Source: Dehalococcoidia bacterium (lineage in GTDB: Bacteria; Chloroflexota; Dehalococcoidia; Lucifugimonadales; UBA1127). From it: 64,000 nt of DNA. The position numbers and the translations under genes are program-made. Below are positions 16,901 through 25,199 of this stretch, in pieces (position 1 is the stretch's first letter; each line of letters opens with the position of its first letter). Under the pieces are notes generated by a model that was given only the letters and a program-made list of their open reading frames with translations, had not been told where the DNA came from and ran no database searches. Location: positions 926,669 to 990,668 of the forward strand of contig OZ220679.1 of assembly GCA_965116355.1 (NCBI GenBank), given 5' to 3'.

Positions 16901-17822
16901 CCCGGCCGAGGTGGGCAGCCTCTCAAACCTGCGAACGCTGGAGCTTCAGCAGAACCAGTTGAGCGGGGTGCTGCCGGCGGAGCTGGGCAGCCTGACCAAC
17001 CTCGAAGAGCTGTGGCTCAACAGCAACCAGGTCAGCGGGGAACTACCGCCGGAATTGGGTGGCCTAGACAACTTGGCGGAGTTACATCTCTACGGCAACG
17101 ATCTGACCGGGGAGATTCCCGCGGCTTTGGGCGCTCTGGCCAACCTCGAAGTGCTGTGGCTCGGCAAAAACCAGCTGAGCGGGGCAATCCCGCCGGCGTT
17201 GGGAAACCTCGCCAACCTAAGGGTGTTGGTACTCAGTGGGACCCAGTTGAGGGGGGCGATCCCGCCGGAGTTGGGCAACCTTGCCAACCTGACCGAATTG
17301 GGCCTTGCGGGCAACCAGTTGAGCGGGGCGATCCCGGCGGCGTTGGGCGGCCTCGCCAACCTCCAGCAACTGGGGCTCGGCAACAACCAGTTGAGCGGGG
17401 AGATCCCGGCGGCGTTGGGCGACCTCGCTAACCTAGGGGTGTTGGACCTTCGGTACAACCAGTTGAGCGGTGAGCTTCCCCGGGAGCTGGGCGACCTCAC
17501 CTGGTTGCGATGGGCAAGGCTGGACGACAACCAATTAAGCGGAGCGATCCCGCCGGCGTTGGGCAACCTCGCCAACCTGGAAGTCCTAGGGCTCAGCGAC
17601 AACCAGCTCAGTGGGGCGATCCCGCCGGCGTTGGGCAACCTCCCCAGCCTGAAGGGACTGTACCTTCAGGGCAACCAGTTAAGCGGTGAGCTCCCGCCGG
17701 AATTGGGTGCCCTTAAGCTGGTCTCACTGAACCTCGATGGCAACAAGCTGAGTGGCTGTGTGCCTCTCACCTTGTCGGACCTCTGGGTCCGTGAGACCGG
17801 GCTGGAACGTTGCCAAGCGTAG
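13923..17822 (+). CDS. Giant leucine-rich-repeat lipoprotein with plant-specific-type 24-aa LRRs in three modules, each preceded by a Cys-pair cap
   Basis: Lipobox LMVVGC follows a basic N-terminus. There are dozens of LxxLxLxxNQLSGxIPPELGNLxN repeats. Three cap segments read C..NPGL.SDC.AL.AARD.L......LNW.......W.GV. Start ATG 13923 (13932 is the alternative). Confidence 0.85.
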   Translation: MRGMAEKKRTGFLFAILAVVLMVVGCESQEPSAFTAPEAQEHREPTVTQTPAASLKLGNPTPTPTAVVAQETGTTDSGLIPTPTAAVARETAISDRGLTPTPTAAAIQESNAKDNSPAPTLEASPTPKRSDECVTGVAVVDADDNPGLVSDCTTLLAARDTLAGNATLNWSADTSIWQWDGVSIWETPHRVRGLYLESRQLSGEIPPELGDLASLRQLNLSDNQLSGAIPPELGDLASLTDLTLSDNQLSGAIPPELGDLASLTNLTLSDNQLSGALPPELGSLANLESLRLQDNRLSGELPPELGNLANLEWVFLANNQLIGEIPPAMGNLANLIVLALSGNQIDECVSIAVPDVANNPGLLSDCRALVAARDTLSTHSVLNWLATTPISEWDGVHVSGTPKRVTAIRVRRGWLDGKIPVELGALSSLTSLDLSDNQLRGAIPPELGNLVKLESLRLQDNQLSGELPPALGNLANLTELNLHGNRLGGEIPTELGVLTRLRVLSIGRNGFSGEIPLELSALVDLRRLNLGGNLLSGEIPSELGALPNLTSLDLGVNKFSGAIPSELGNLSNLELLSLERNQFSGAIPPGLGNLTNLESLDLHGNQLSEEIPPALGNLSPLTELWLGGNQLSGTIPAELGKLINLTDLYLSHNELNGAIPPALGGLTNLLWMDVNDNRLSGAIPPALGNLVNLTELNLSDNRLSEAIPPALGNLVNLTELNLSDNRLSEAIPPALGNLASLTSLNLSDNQLSGAIPPELGNLVNLTELNLSNNQLSGSLPPELANLVNLERLFLSGNQFNECALLPVEEVDPTPGLQSDCRALLAARGPLGGDYSLNWSALTPIAQWDGVRVSGTPQRVTALQVHTKHLSGELPPVLAQLSNLTELDLSGTRLRGAIPPELGNLANLTVLELGGNQLSGEIPPELGNLVNLTVLDLRNNQLSGVMPPELGNLASLREMTLSDNQLSGTIPAELGNLANLEVLLLKENALSGAIPAEVGSLSNLRTLELQQNQLSGVLPAELGSLTNLEELWLNSNQVSGELPPELGGLDNLAELHLYGNDLTGEIPAALGALANLEVLWLGKNQLSGAIPPALGNLANLRVLVLSGTQLRGAIPPELGNLANLTELGLAGNQLSGAIPAALGGLANLQQLGLGNNQLSGEIPAALGDLANLGVLDLRYNQLSGELPRELGDLTWLRWARLDDNQLSGAIPPALGNLANLEVLGLSDNQLSGAIPPALGNLPSLKGLYLQGNQLSGELPPELGALKLVSLNLDGNKLSGCVPLTLSDLWVRETGLERCQA
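15951..16139 (+). repeat. Near-identical 72-bp (one LRR) tandem units inside the LRR gene
   Basis: Units 15951-16022 and 16023-16094 differ at one base. The first approximately 45 nt of a third unit are identical as well. Confidence 0.85.
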
Positions 17823-18205
17823 AGGGGTGTTGGGCCATCGCAGCCAGGACATCCACTGACCTGCCTTCCCAAAGACTGATCCGAGCTGAATGCTAGTCGT
17901 AGACTTCAGAAGAGTGGGCAGGTCCGTTGCACCGTTTCCCTTTCGGTCCGTAGGGTACGACATGGTCAAATTGGAAGCCCGCTCCTAGCCGCCTGCGTTG
18001 CACTTTGGTACCAGAGGCACGTGAGTTGAGATCCTGAGGCGGCCTAACCAAAAAGGCTCAAACCGGTCATTCGACTCGCCGTACGGGCCCCAGCCACATT
18101 TCGCAAACGGTACTGCCCAGCTTCAACCTCGGCCCATCCGAGAGTATTCGAACCAACCACTGGAGCCACCCCTGTGCCTACAGCCGAATCCCAAAGACGG
18201 TACTG

Positions 18206-18299
18206 TCCATCACCAACTTGACCTCCCACGATGCTACCCACTTTCTGCGCAGACGGCGGCCACCTGGGAGGTGTGCACTTTAGCGCAGCGCCGAAACCG
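18206..18299. repeat. Copy B of the approximately 95-nt repeat family
   Basis: Aligns along its whole length with 26003-26096: ...CCCACGAYGCTACCCACTTYCTGCGCAGRCG...CCACCTGG...GCGCAGCKCCGAAACCG. Confidence 0.65.
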
Positions 18300-18337
18300 A
18301 GGTGTAAGAATGCGCCTTAGAAGGTGGACGGCAAGAG

Positions 18338-18613
18338 ATGGAGACTCGGACACGCCGACCCCGTGAGGAGACGGCCCGCCTCGGCAAAGAGATTTACGAG
18401 CAGGACATCCGGCCACAGGTCGAAGCGGCCCACTTCGGAGAAGTGGTCGCCATCGACGTGGACAGCGGGACATGGGCCATCGGCGACAACGTGGTCGCCG
18501 CAACGGATAGTTTGCGGGAGAAGCGCCCGCATGCTGTCAACGTCCTGTGTGAACGGGTCGGACACCGGACGCTGTACCGCTTCGGGGGCAGATCACTGCG
18601 GAGGACCGGATGA
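18338..18613 (+). CDS. Small conserved protein, translationally coupled to a retropepsin-like protease
   Basis: 91-aa ORF with balanced composition (GKEIYEQDIRPQVE...FGEVVAIDVDSGTWAIG). Its stop overlaps the next start (ATGA). Confidence 0.6.
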   Translation: METRTRRPREETARLGKEIYEQDIRPQVEAAHFGEVVAIDVDSGTWAIGDNVVAATDSLREKRPHAVNVLCERVGHRTLYRFGGRSLRRTG

Positions 18614-18981
18614 TCGAGGGCGCGGTGAACGCCAACCTCGAAGCGGTCGTGACCCTTACCCTGCGAGGGGAGGCGGGACAGCAGAGAGAGATCGAAGCCG
18701 TGATCGACACCGGCTTCAACGGCTTCCTGACCCTGCCTCCGCCGCTGGTGGCGGAACTGGGGCTTCCCTTCGCCAGTATAGGGTTGGCGACTCTTGCCGA
18801 CGGCAGTGAGGCGGCTTTCGATGTGCACGATGCCACCGTGCTCTGGGAGGGCCAGCCGAGATACGTGGAGAGCGGGGCGGTGGGACCGGAGGCCCTCGTC
18901 GGCATGTCCATGCTGGAGGGCCATGACCTGCGAATCACCGTGGGGGACGGCGGGCCTGTAGCCATATCGGCGACGGAGTGA
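18610..18981 (+). CDS. Clan AA (retropepsin-like) aspartic protease
   Basis: Catalytic DTG motif in IEAVIDTGFNGFLTLP. About 120 aa, the single-lobe size typical of bacterial/archaeal retropepsin-like proteins. Confidence 0.75.
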   Translation: MIEGAVNANLEAVVTLTLRGEAGQQREIEAVIDTGFNGFLTLPPPLVAELGLPFASIGLATLADGSEAAFDVHDATVLWEGQPRYVESGAVGPEALVGMSMLEGHDLRITVGDGGPVAISATE

Positions 18982-18987
18982 CCGAAG

Positions 18988-19383
18988 TTGGCCGTCGCAG
19001 CCAGGACCGCAGCGCTTTCCCTGTTCTTTCCGCTGGTCGTGGTGGACGCCTTCGTCATCCATTTCGCCACCGGGTGGACCACATTCGAGCGGGAGGACAT
19101 TGAGTTCGGGGTCGCCCTGCTGTCGTCGCTGTCCATCGTGGTCTGGCCGACATCCATCCCCCTGAGCCTGGCGTTGGTTCTGCTCTATCGGCGCTCCCGC
19201 TTGTCAGCCTATATCTGCGCAGCGCTGCTGATTCCTCCTTCGATACTCGGTTTCATAGTAGCCGGCCTGCTGCAATGGGAGGTCGCCGCCATTCTCGTGG
19301 CAGCGTTCTCCCTGCCCGCGTGGGCCGCCCTGCTGGCGGTCAGCCGGCAGCAGAGCCGAACCCGGTCTTCCGTACCCTCCTGA
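18988..19383 (+). CDS. Hypothetical integral membrane protein (about 4 hydrophobic segments)
   Basis: TTG start 7 nt after GGAGTGA. Long hydrophobic stretches: LSLFFPLVVVDAFVIHF, VALLSSLSIVVW, ICAALLIPPSILGFIVAGLL, AAILVAAFSLPAWAALLAV. Confidence 0.5.
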   Translation: MAVAARTAALSLFFPLVVVDAFVIHFATGWTTFEREDIEFGVALLSSLSIVVWPTSIPLSLALVLLYRRSRLSAYICAALLIPPSILGFIVAGLLQWEVAAILVAAFSLPAWAALLAVSRQQSRTRSSVPS

Positions 19384-19601
19384 CGCTGCCTGTCCTAGCG
19401 CTGGTTCCAAGACCTGCGCGTCGCGGCGAGGCCCCGGCCTGTCCGCCTCTGACGGCGTTTGGTATGCTCCACCCATTGCGGAGGCAGGAGTGGGCGGGGT
19501 GTGATGGGCGTGCCCCCGGCGTTGAAACAATCGCCGACTGCGCTGCCGTGCGTGAGCGTGCGGCACGCGTAGGTGTGCGAAAGGTGGTGGTGGTCGACGT
19601 T

Positions 19602-19636
19602 GTGGTCGTCAAAACCCCCCTATGTATATAGATCAG
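19602..19636. repeat. Solitary copy of the 35-nt core GTGGTCGTCAAAACCCCCCTATGTATATAGATCAG
   Basis: Same core as the heads of the tandem units at 27352, 27512, 28101 and 28667. About 100 nt of flanking homology continues downstream (CCCCGAAA..., AGACCAGGGAGC...). Confidence 0.8.
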
Positions 19637-19991
19637 AGCTTCTTCAACTTGCCCCCGAAATTCGCTGGCCATGGGTAGGCCCCGAGGCCCTAGTCCGGCC
19701 AAGACCAGGGAGCGCACGGCCAAGGGGCGGGACGCCTGCGCGCCGCCGTGGGGAACAAGCGGGTCATGACGGTGCTGGTGGGAGAGGACGTGCTGCGTCG
19801 TGCCCCCGGTGAGTATGGATCAGAGGACATCCAGGCAGGGTCACGAACCCCCTATGCCCACCGTCCTGCATGCACCGCACCAGGGGAAGGCCGGTTCCTC
19901 CCCCCGACCGGCCCGGCAGACGCCTAGCCAACATGGGACCCTTCCGTCCCGGGTATCTTGGTGGTCACGATGGGCAGGGGTGATGCTGAAT

Positions 19992-21842
19992 TCACCGCGG
20001 ATAGATCAGATTTTGTCCCCAGCACACTGGCGTGCCGCCTTCCCGCAGCCCGCAGTTGCCGCTGATGGTCGTGAAGACGCCTTCAGGCGGGTCAGCCTGA
20101 CCATTGCGGTTAGCACCCCAGCACACCACCGTACCGTCGTCCCTCAACCCGCAGGTGCGGTCCCATCCGCCACTGATGGCGGTGAAGGTTTCCCCCTGTG
20201 GCGGACTGGCCTGACCTTCCGTGTCGGAGCCCCAACACACCGCCGCGCCGCTATCCCGCAACCCGCAGGTGTGTTCATGACCGCTGCTGATGGCGGTGAA
20301 GGTCTCTCCCGATGGTGGGCTTGCCTGACCATAGTAGTCATCCCCCCAGCACATCGCCACGCCGTTATCCCGCAACCCGCAGGTGTGGTACGGCCCGACG
20401 CTGATGACGGTGAAGGCCTCTCCCGATGGTGGGCTTGCCTGACCAAACTCGTCATTGCCCCAGCACACCGGCGCGCCGTCCCTTCTTTGCAACCCGCAGG
20501 TGTGGTACGGCCCGACGCTGACGGTGGTGAATATCCGGCGCTTCGGCGGGCTTGCCTGACCATAGTAGTCATCCCCCCAGCACACCGCCACGCCGTTATC
20601 CCGCAACCCGCAGGTGTGGTACGGCCCGACGCTGATGACGGTGAAGGCCTCTCCCGATGGTGGGCTTGGCGCATATCCGAAACCATCGTCCCAGCACAGC
20701 GGCGCGCCGTCTTCCCACAACCCACAGACGTGGGCTCCCCCGGCGCTAATGGCCGTGAAGCCCCCTTCCGGCGGGCTCGCCTGACGAGACTCGTTCCAGC
20801 CCCAGCACAGCGGTGCGCCGTCTTCCCGCAACCCGCAGGTGTGGTTAGCCCCGCTGCTGATGGCCGTGAAGGTTTCCCCCTCCGGCGGGCTTGCCTGACC
20901 ATAGTAGTCATCCCCCCAGCACACCGCCACACCACTATCCCGCAACCCGCAGGTGTGGGACGACCCGCTGCTGATGGCCGTGAAGATCTCACCCGGCGGT
21001 GGGCTTGCCTCAGGCCTTGCCTGACCATGTGACTCGTTCCAGAACCAGAACGGCGTCCAACCCCAGCACACCGGCGCGCCATCTTCCCGCAACCCGCAGG
21101 TGTGGTTAGCCCCGCTGCTGATGGCCGTGAAGGTCTTCCCCTTCGGCGGGTCTGCCTGACGGTACCTGTTATAGCCCCAACACACCGGTAAGCCGTCTTC
21201 CCGCAACCCGCAGGTGTGTTCATGACCGCTGCTGATGGCCGTGAATACGTGCGCCTGCGACGGACTTGCCTGACCATACTGTTCATAACCCCAACACACC
21301 ATCGTGCTGCTGCCTTTCTCTTTCTGCAACCCGCAGGTGTGACCATGTCCGCTGGTGCTAACAACGTCGTCCTCCTGCGACGGGCCTGTCTGCGGGCTAG
21401 CCTGACCATATCGGTCATCCCCCCAGCATACGGCCGTGCCATCCTCCCGCAACCCGCAGGCGTGGGACCCCCCGTTGCTGATGGCCGTGAAGGTCTCATC
21501 CTCCGGCGGGTAGTGGGTCGAGCCCCAGCACGACGCCACGCCGTCTTCCCGCAACCCGCAACTGTAGCGCCCCCGTTTCCCAGCGCTGATGGCGGTGAAG
21601 ACCTCTCCCACCCAGGGGAGGTCTTCCAATCCCCAGCACACTGCCGTGCCATCTACCCGCAACCCGCAGGTCTGGTGTTCCCCACTGCTTATAGCCGTGA
21701 GCCGGCCGACGGGCAGATCATTATTGCGGGTAGACGCGGATAGCCCGTCGTCACACCCCGCCACGAGCGAGACCGTCACCAAGACCCACAGCGCCACCTG
21801 CAGGCTCTCCCTGTGCCGTCCTGCCCGTACCCGGTCTCCCAT
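19992..21842 (-). CDS. RCC1-repeat (beta-propeller) lipoprotein
   Basis: Lipobox LVAGC. About 15 repeats of the form FTAISSG..HTCGLREDG.PVCWG...YGQA. Confidence 0.85.
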   Translation of the reverse strand: MGDRVRAGRHRESLQVALWVLVTVSLVAGCDDGLSASTRNNDLPVGRLTAISSGEHQTCGLRVDGTAVCWGLEDLPWVGEVFTAISAGKRGRYSCGLREDGVASCWGSTHYPPEDETFTAISNGGSHACGLREDGTAVCWGDDRYGQASPQTGPSQEDDVVSTSGHGHTCGLQKEKGSSTMVCWGYEQYGQASPSQAHVFTAISSGHEHTCGLREDGLPVCWGYNRYRQADPPKGKTFTAISSGANHTCGLREDGAPVCWGWTPFWFWNESHGQARPEASPPPGEIFTAISSGSSHTCGLRDSGVAVCWGDDYYGQASPPEGETFTAISSGANHTCGLREDGAPLCWGWNESRQASPPEGGFTAISAGGAHVCGLWEDGAPLCWDDGFGYAPSPPSGEAFTVISVGPYHTCGLRDNGVAVCWGDDYYGQASPPKRRIFTTVSVGPYHTCGLQRRDGAPVCWGNDEFGQASPPSGEAFTVISVGPYHTCGLRDNGVAMCWGDDYYGQASPPSGETFTAISSGHEHTCGLRDSGAAVCWGSDTEGQASPPQGETFTAISGGWDRTCGLRDDGTVVCWGANRNGQADPPEGVFTTISGNCGLREGGTPVCWGQNLIYPR

Positions 21843-22477
21843 CCAGCCTGATCCTCGCTCACAAACGCCCGGCAGGCGCCTATCCCAAGACGGATTTTTC
21901 AGCTAGTATACTTCCCGCACCCCCGATCTGCGCAACGGCGACTCCCGTAGCTGAAACACCCCAACGGGACCTAAGCTAAACTCGTTCGCTTCCGACCCGT
22001 CGGCGCGGCAGCTTTGCCGCGCCACTTCGGCGTAAACGGCCCCCGGGGTTCCGTCTGCGACGACTCCGTTTTGCTGTACCCGTCACTGGAACGCTGCAAC
22101 GTGTCCCGAGAACGGCTCAGCATGGGGCGGCCTGTCGACGGGCCTAGCTCGAACGCCGCCGGGTTACATCACGGCCGGTGCGCTGCCCGTCCTAATGACC
22201 GGACTCTCCGGTGGTTTCCTTGCGAGAGCGCTTGCAGTATCTCGGGCTGTCTTGCGACGAACCCACGGCGCTGTCTTTACAGCGCCATGGCCCCGAGACC
22301 CTGATACGCACCGATGGAAGGCCCGCGTCCCCGTGCCCAACTGAATGAAAACGAAAGCCTATACCATGAGTTCTATCTTCGGGACGTCACGTCTTCACGG
22401 CGGCGCCACATTACGCGGAAACCAGCCTGTGGGGTGGTAGACTGGTTGGAGCCTGGCATCGGAGGTGCCGACGCCCC

Positions 22478-22948
22478 ATGGCGAACAATAGCTGTGAACA
22501 GGTTGACCTCATCCTCGTCGGCTGCGTCGCGGGGAAGCGTCGACAAGCCGCTCCTGCCCGCGACCTCTACACGTCACCCCTTTGGGAAGGTCGGCGGGCA
22601 TATGCGGAGTTGCACGGCTGCCCCTGGTACATTCTGAGCGCCAAGCACGGACTCCTGGCCCCCGACGCGTGGATAGAGCCCTATGACTTGGCGTTAGCCA
22701 GTGCTTCAACGGCCGAACGTCGCGCGTGGTCGCAAGGCGTTCTGGAGGCCCTCGCGGTAGAGGTTTCAGCGCTGGCAGGCAAGACCGTTGAGATCCACGC
22801 GGGCAAGCCCTACGTAGAGTTCGGCTTGGAGAAGGGCCTTTGCAACGCCGGTGCGGTCGTTCGCCGCCCGCTGGAACATGTGGTGGGCACGGGCGCCCAC
22901 ATTGCCTGGTATCGAGAACATAGGGCCTCGTGTCCTCGGGCGAGGTGA
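22478..22948 (+). CDS. Conserved hypothetical protein, DUF6884-like
   Basis: LILVGCVAGKR...PARDLYTSPLW...WYILSAKHGLLAPDAWIEPYDLAL resembles my recollection of the DUF6884 pattern. Not searched. Confidence 0.5.
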   Translation: MANNSCEQVDLILVGCVAGKRRQAAPARDLYTSPLWEGRRAYAELHGCPWYILSAKHGLLAPDAWIEPYDLALASASTAERRAWSQGVLEALAVEVSALAGKTVEIHAGKPYVEFGLEKGLCNAGAVVRRPLEHVVGTGAHIAWYREHRASCPRAR

Positions 22949-22956
22949 GGGGGTAC

Positions 22957-23835
22957 ATGATGCGCGCACCCGACCTTCGCCATGCAGCCGCCATAGCCGA
23001 GGCAATCGCCGGCGACTTCTACAACGACAGGCTGGACCTGTCCGCCAGGGACGTGGCGCCGGGTGGCGCACGGCCGCGACTGCCGGGAGGCGACCACGCA
23101 ACACAGCTGCGCAATTCGGGAACACCGCTTCGAACCGTGCGCCTGTTCCTGACATTCGTTTCAGCCATGGATCGCGCCCGTGACGCCACGCGGCTCTGGA
23201 ATAGCGGGCTTGAGCTGTTTCACACCAGCCCGGACCTCTTTGAACCGACCGAGGCGTCAGCAATGCCGATCACCTTGCTCCGCGCGAGGCTGTCCTACTA
23301 TGGAGTAAGCCAACGGCACGGCCCCGACTCCTCCGCCTGGCACACCATCGCCCGCAGCCTTGCGGCAGGAGGGGACCCGGTAAGCCGGGCAGTGGAGTCC
23401 GGCGTTGGAAACGCCGTAGAGTTGCTCAAGTGCCTGCGCACGGGGCGTGACCGGTTTCCCATGCTCAGGGGTCCGCGGATCGGGCCAATGTGGGTGCGTA
23501 TGCTCGTCACGTGCGGTGGAGCCACGATAGGCGGGATGGACATCATCCCGGTCTCGGTTGACGTGCACGTTCGTCGCGTTACTCAGAACCTCGGGGTGGT
23601 GGATACTCTGGATATGTCGGAAAGAGAAGCCAGGCAAGTGATTCAGGATACCTGGCGCGCGGCCGTAGCTAGAACGAGCATAGGGGGTCCGCCCGGCGTA
23701 ACCAACACGAGCACGGCGCTTGACCCAGCCCTGTGGGTGTTCGGGAGATTGGGGTGCAGTTACTGCGAAAGGGTCCCCCGGCCAGTGCCCATCGGCCGCG
23801 CATGCGATTACTGCCGGCTTCGCGCTTCGGCCTGA
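22957..23835 (+). CDS. HhH-GPD superfamily (endonuclease III-like) DNA glycosylase-like protein with a C-terminal Cx2C-x12-Cx2C cluster
   Basis: IPVSVDVHVRRVTQNLGV (HhH-like), ALDPALWVFGRLGC (GPD-like Asp region), then CSYCERVPRPVPIGRACDYC. ATG 22957 follows GAGGTGAGGGGG. Confidence 0.6.
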   Translation: MMRAPDLRHAAAIAEAIAGDFYNDRLDLSARDVAPGGARPRLPGGDHATQLRNSGTPLRTVRLFLTFVSAMDRARDATRLWNSGLELFHTSPDLFEPTEASAMPITLLRARLSYYGVSQRHGPDSSAWHTIARSLAAGGDPVSRAVESGVGNAVELLKCLRTGRDRFPMLRGPRIGPMWVRMLVTCGGATIGGMDIIPVSVDVHVRRVTQNLGVVDTLDMSEREARQVIQDTWRAAVARTSIGGPPGVTNTSTALDPALWVFGRLGCSYCERVPRPVPIGRACDYCRLRASA

Positions 23836-23883
23836 GGCACATGCAGACTGTGGGGAGAGTGAGGGTCGGTAGGAAGGCAAGAG

Positions 23884-24039
23884 ATGGCAAGGTACGAATA
23901 CAGAGCACCGGACGACAATGCTCAGGATGATATCGAGCGTAAACTGAACGAACTGGCAAGGCAGGGTATCGACTCGCTAGTTTCGCCGCAACAGTGCCAT
24001 GCGAGCAAACACTCAGCGGGAACGCCTTCAGATGCGTAA
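23884..24039 (+). CDS. Small ORF (51 aa), possibly DUF4177-like
   Basis: Not in the ORF track because it is under 60 aa. MARYEYRAPDDNAQDDIERKLNELARQGIDSLVS; AGGAAGG lies upstream. Confidence 0.3.
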   Translation: MARYEYRAPDDNAQDDIERKLNELARQGIDSLVSPQQCHASKHSAGTPSDA

Positions 24040-24315
24040 TGGAGCGCGAATTTGGCGCTGCCTGACCGTGCTCGGTATTGTGGCCGGGCAATTTCTGGGT
24101 CAACAACAATCTACCGCCGAGCAAAGCACTGCGGGGAGATTCTGGACGGGATAGCTACGGTGTGCCGGGGGCCGACGGTCATTGTCAGGGTGGTGCGGGC
24201 CCCAAAGGGAGATCCTTTGACCACGGGATAGGTGATACAATTGCTGCAACGGACTCTACTTACACTTTCGTGGCACGGGCAGATGATGGGCTAGTCAGCA
24301 GGTCGACCTCAACAA

Positions 24316-24579
24316 GTGAGGTGCCGAACATACAATGGGCACCACGCATCTCAATGCAACTCTACGGACAACTGGCTCCGTCAACAGGAGACTCGTCGTG
24401 GATTAGCCGGTTTGGCCATAATAGCCTTCGCGGTCGCCCTAGGCCTTGCGTGGCTCGTTGGCTCTCAACCGGGTGGTGCCTCGCTGTCCGTCGTTTGCCT
24501 TGGTCTGGGGGTTGTACTTGTTGTTGGCTGGCTGATTGATAGCAACAACGCAAGCCGCACACGGCGCAGCCGAATGTAG
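24316..24579 (+). CDS. Small hypothetical membrane protein (two hydrophobic helices)
   Basis: GLAGLAIIAFAVALGLAWLVG and SLSVVCLGLGVVLVVGWLI. GTG start. Lies in an AT-richer patch. Confidence 0.35.
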   Translation: MRCRTYNGHHASQCNSTDNWLRQQETRRGLAGLAIIAFAVALGLAWLVGSQPGGASLSVVCLGLGVVLVVGWLIDSNNASRTRRSRM

Positions 24580-24604
24580 GGTAAACCTGTAGGAGAGCGC
24601 AATC

Positions 24605-24766
24605 GTGCGCAGTCTAGTGATACAACTGGCGATTTACACCATTGGTGCGGTGGTCGCGGTGGTCTTTATCCCAGGTGGGCCGATGGGGGTGGCTGCGGCC
24701 GCAGCAATGGCGTTCATGGGCATCAGGGCCATCCGGGAATACGAGAGGTCGCGTTCCGCTGAGTAG
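24605..24766 (+). CDS. Small hypothetical membrane peptide (53 aa)
   Basis: Not in the ORF track. GTG follows AGGAGA. VRSLVIQLAIYTIGAVVAVVFIPGGPMGVAAAAAMAFMGIRAIREYERSRSAE. Confidence 0.3.
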   Translation: MRSLVIQLAIYTIGAVVAVVFIPGGPMGVAAAAAMAFMGIRAIREYERSRSAE

Positions 24767-25199
24767 GTAGGACAAAGTGTCAGCCATCGTCCTAGGTAGT
24801 CCCCGAATCTCTCCTCTAGCAAGAGGGGAGTAAGGTTGTTGAGCTACAGCAGACGTTCTACCGGCCAGCATGGGAAAGGCAATATCCCGCGAGAAACAGG
24901 ACCGAACACATCAATCAGCTCGCCGTCGCAGTCATAGAACAGGGTAGGCAACCGTGGCGGATTGTTCTGGAACAGGAAGTGCCACTTCTGGTGCAGATTC
25001 CAGAATCTTACGAGGAGATAATGCGATTGGCAGACTCCCATGGCTTCGCAAAGCACTTGTCAAAGCCCGTAGTTGAATCATCACAGCATCTATTGAAATC
25101 GAACCAAATGCAGGTACGACACAGCTAGTGGTATACGTCATGAAGGGAGTGCCCAGTGGATTGTCACCGGGTGTGCGTAGACTGAAGGTGATGAGGAAA

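Noticed and set aside
14486-17638. Antisense and alternate-frame ORFs across the LRR gene (14486..15091 -, 15110..16312 -, 17090..17638 -). Similar ones cross the RCC1 gene (19800..21032 +, 20144..21652 -) and the collagen-like gene (57256..58548 +, 57557..58273 +).
   Set aside because: They are repeat-driven mirror ORFs. The sense frames give canonical LRR, RCC1 and Gly-X-Y repeats with export signals, and the others give low-complexity Arg/Pro/Ser strings.
18141-18170. A tRNA-like T-loop string, GAGTATTCGAACCAACCACTGG, considered as a possible tRNA fragment or attR.
   Set aside because: The flanking bases cannot form a T-stem or acceptor stem, and there is no similarity to the tRNA-Ala 3' end.
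24844-25056. A 70-aa minus-strand ORF with a thioredoxin-like C-terminal string (LPTLFYDCDGELIDVFGP) and FWNLHQKW where WCxxC would sit.
   Set aside because: It has no CxxC, and the spacing between the two motifs is far too short for a thioredoxin fold. It may be a gene fragment, so it is not reported as a feature.
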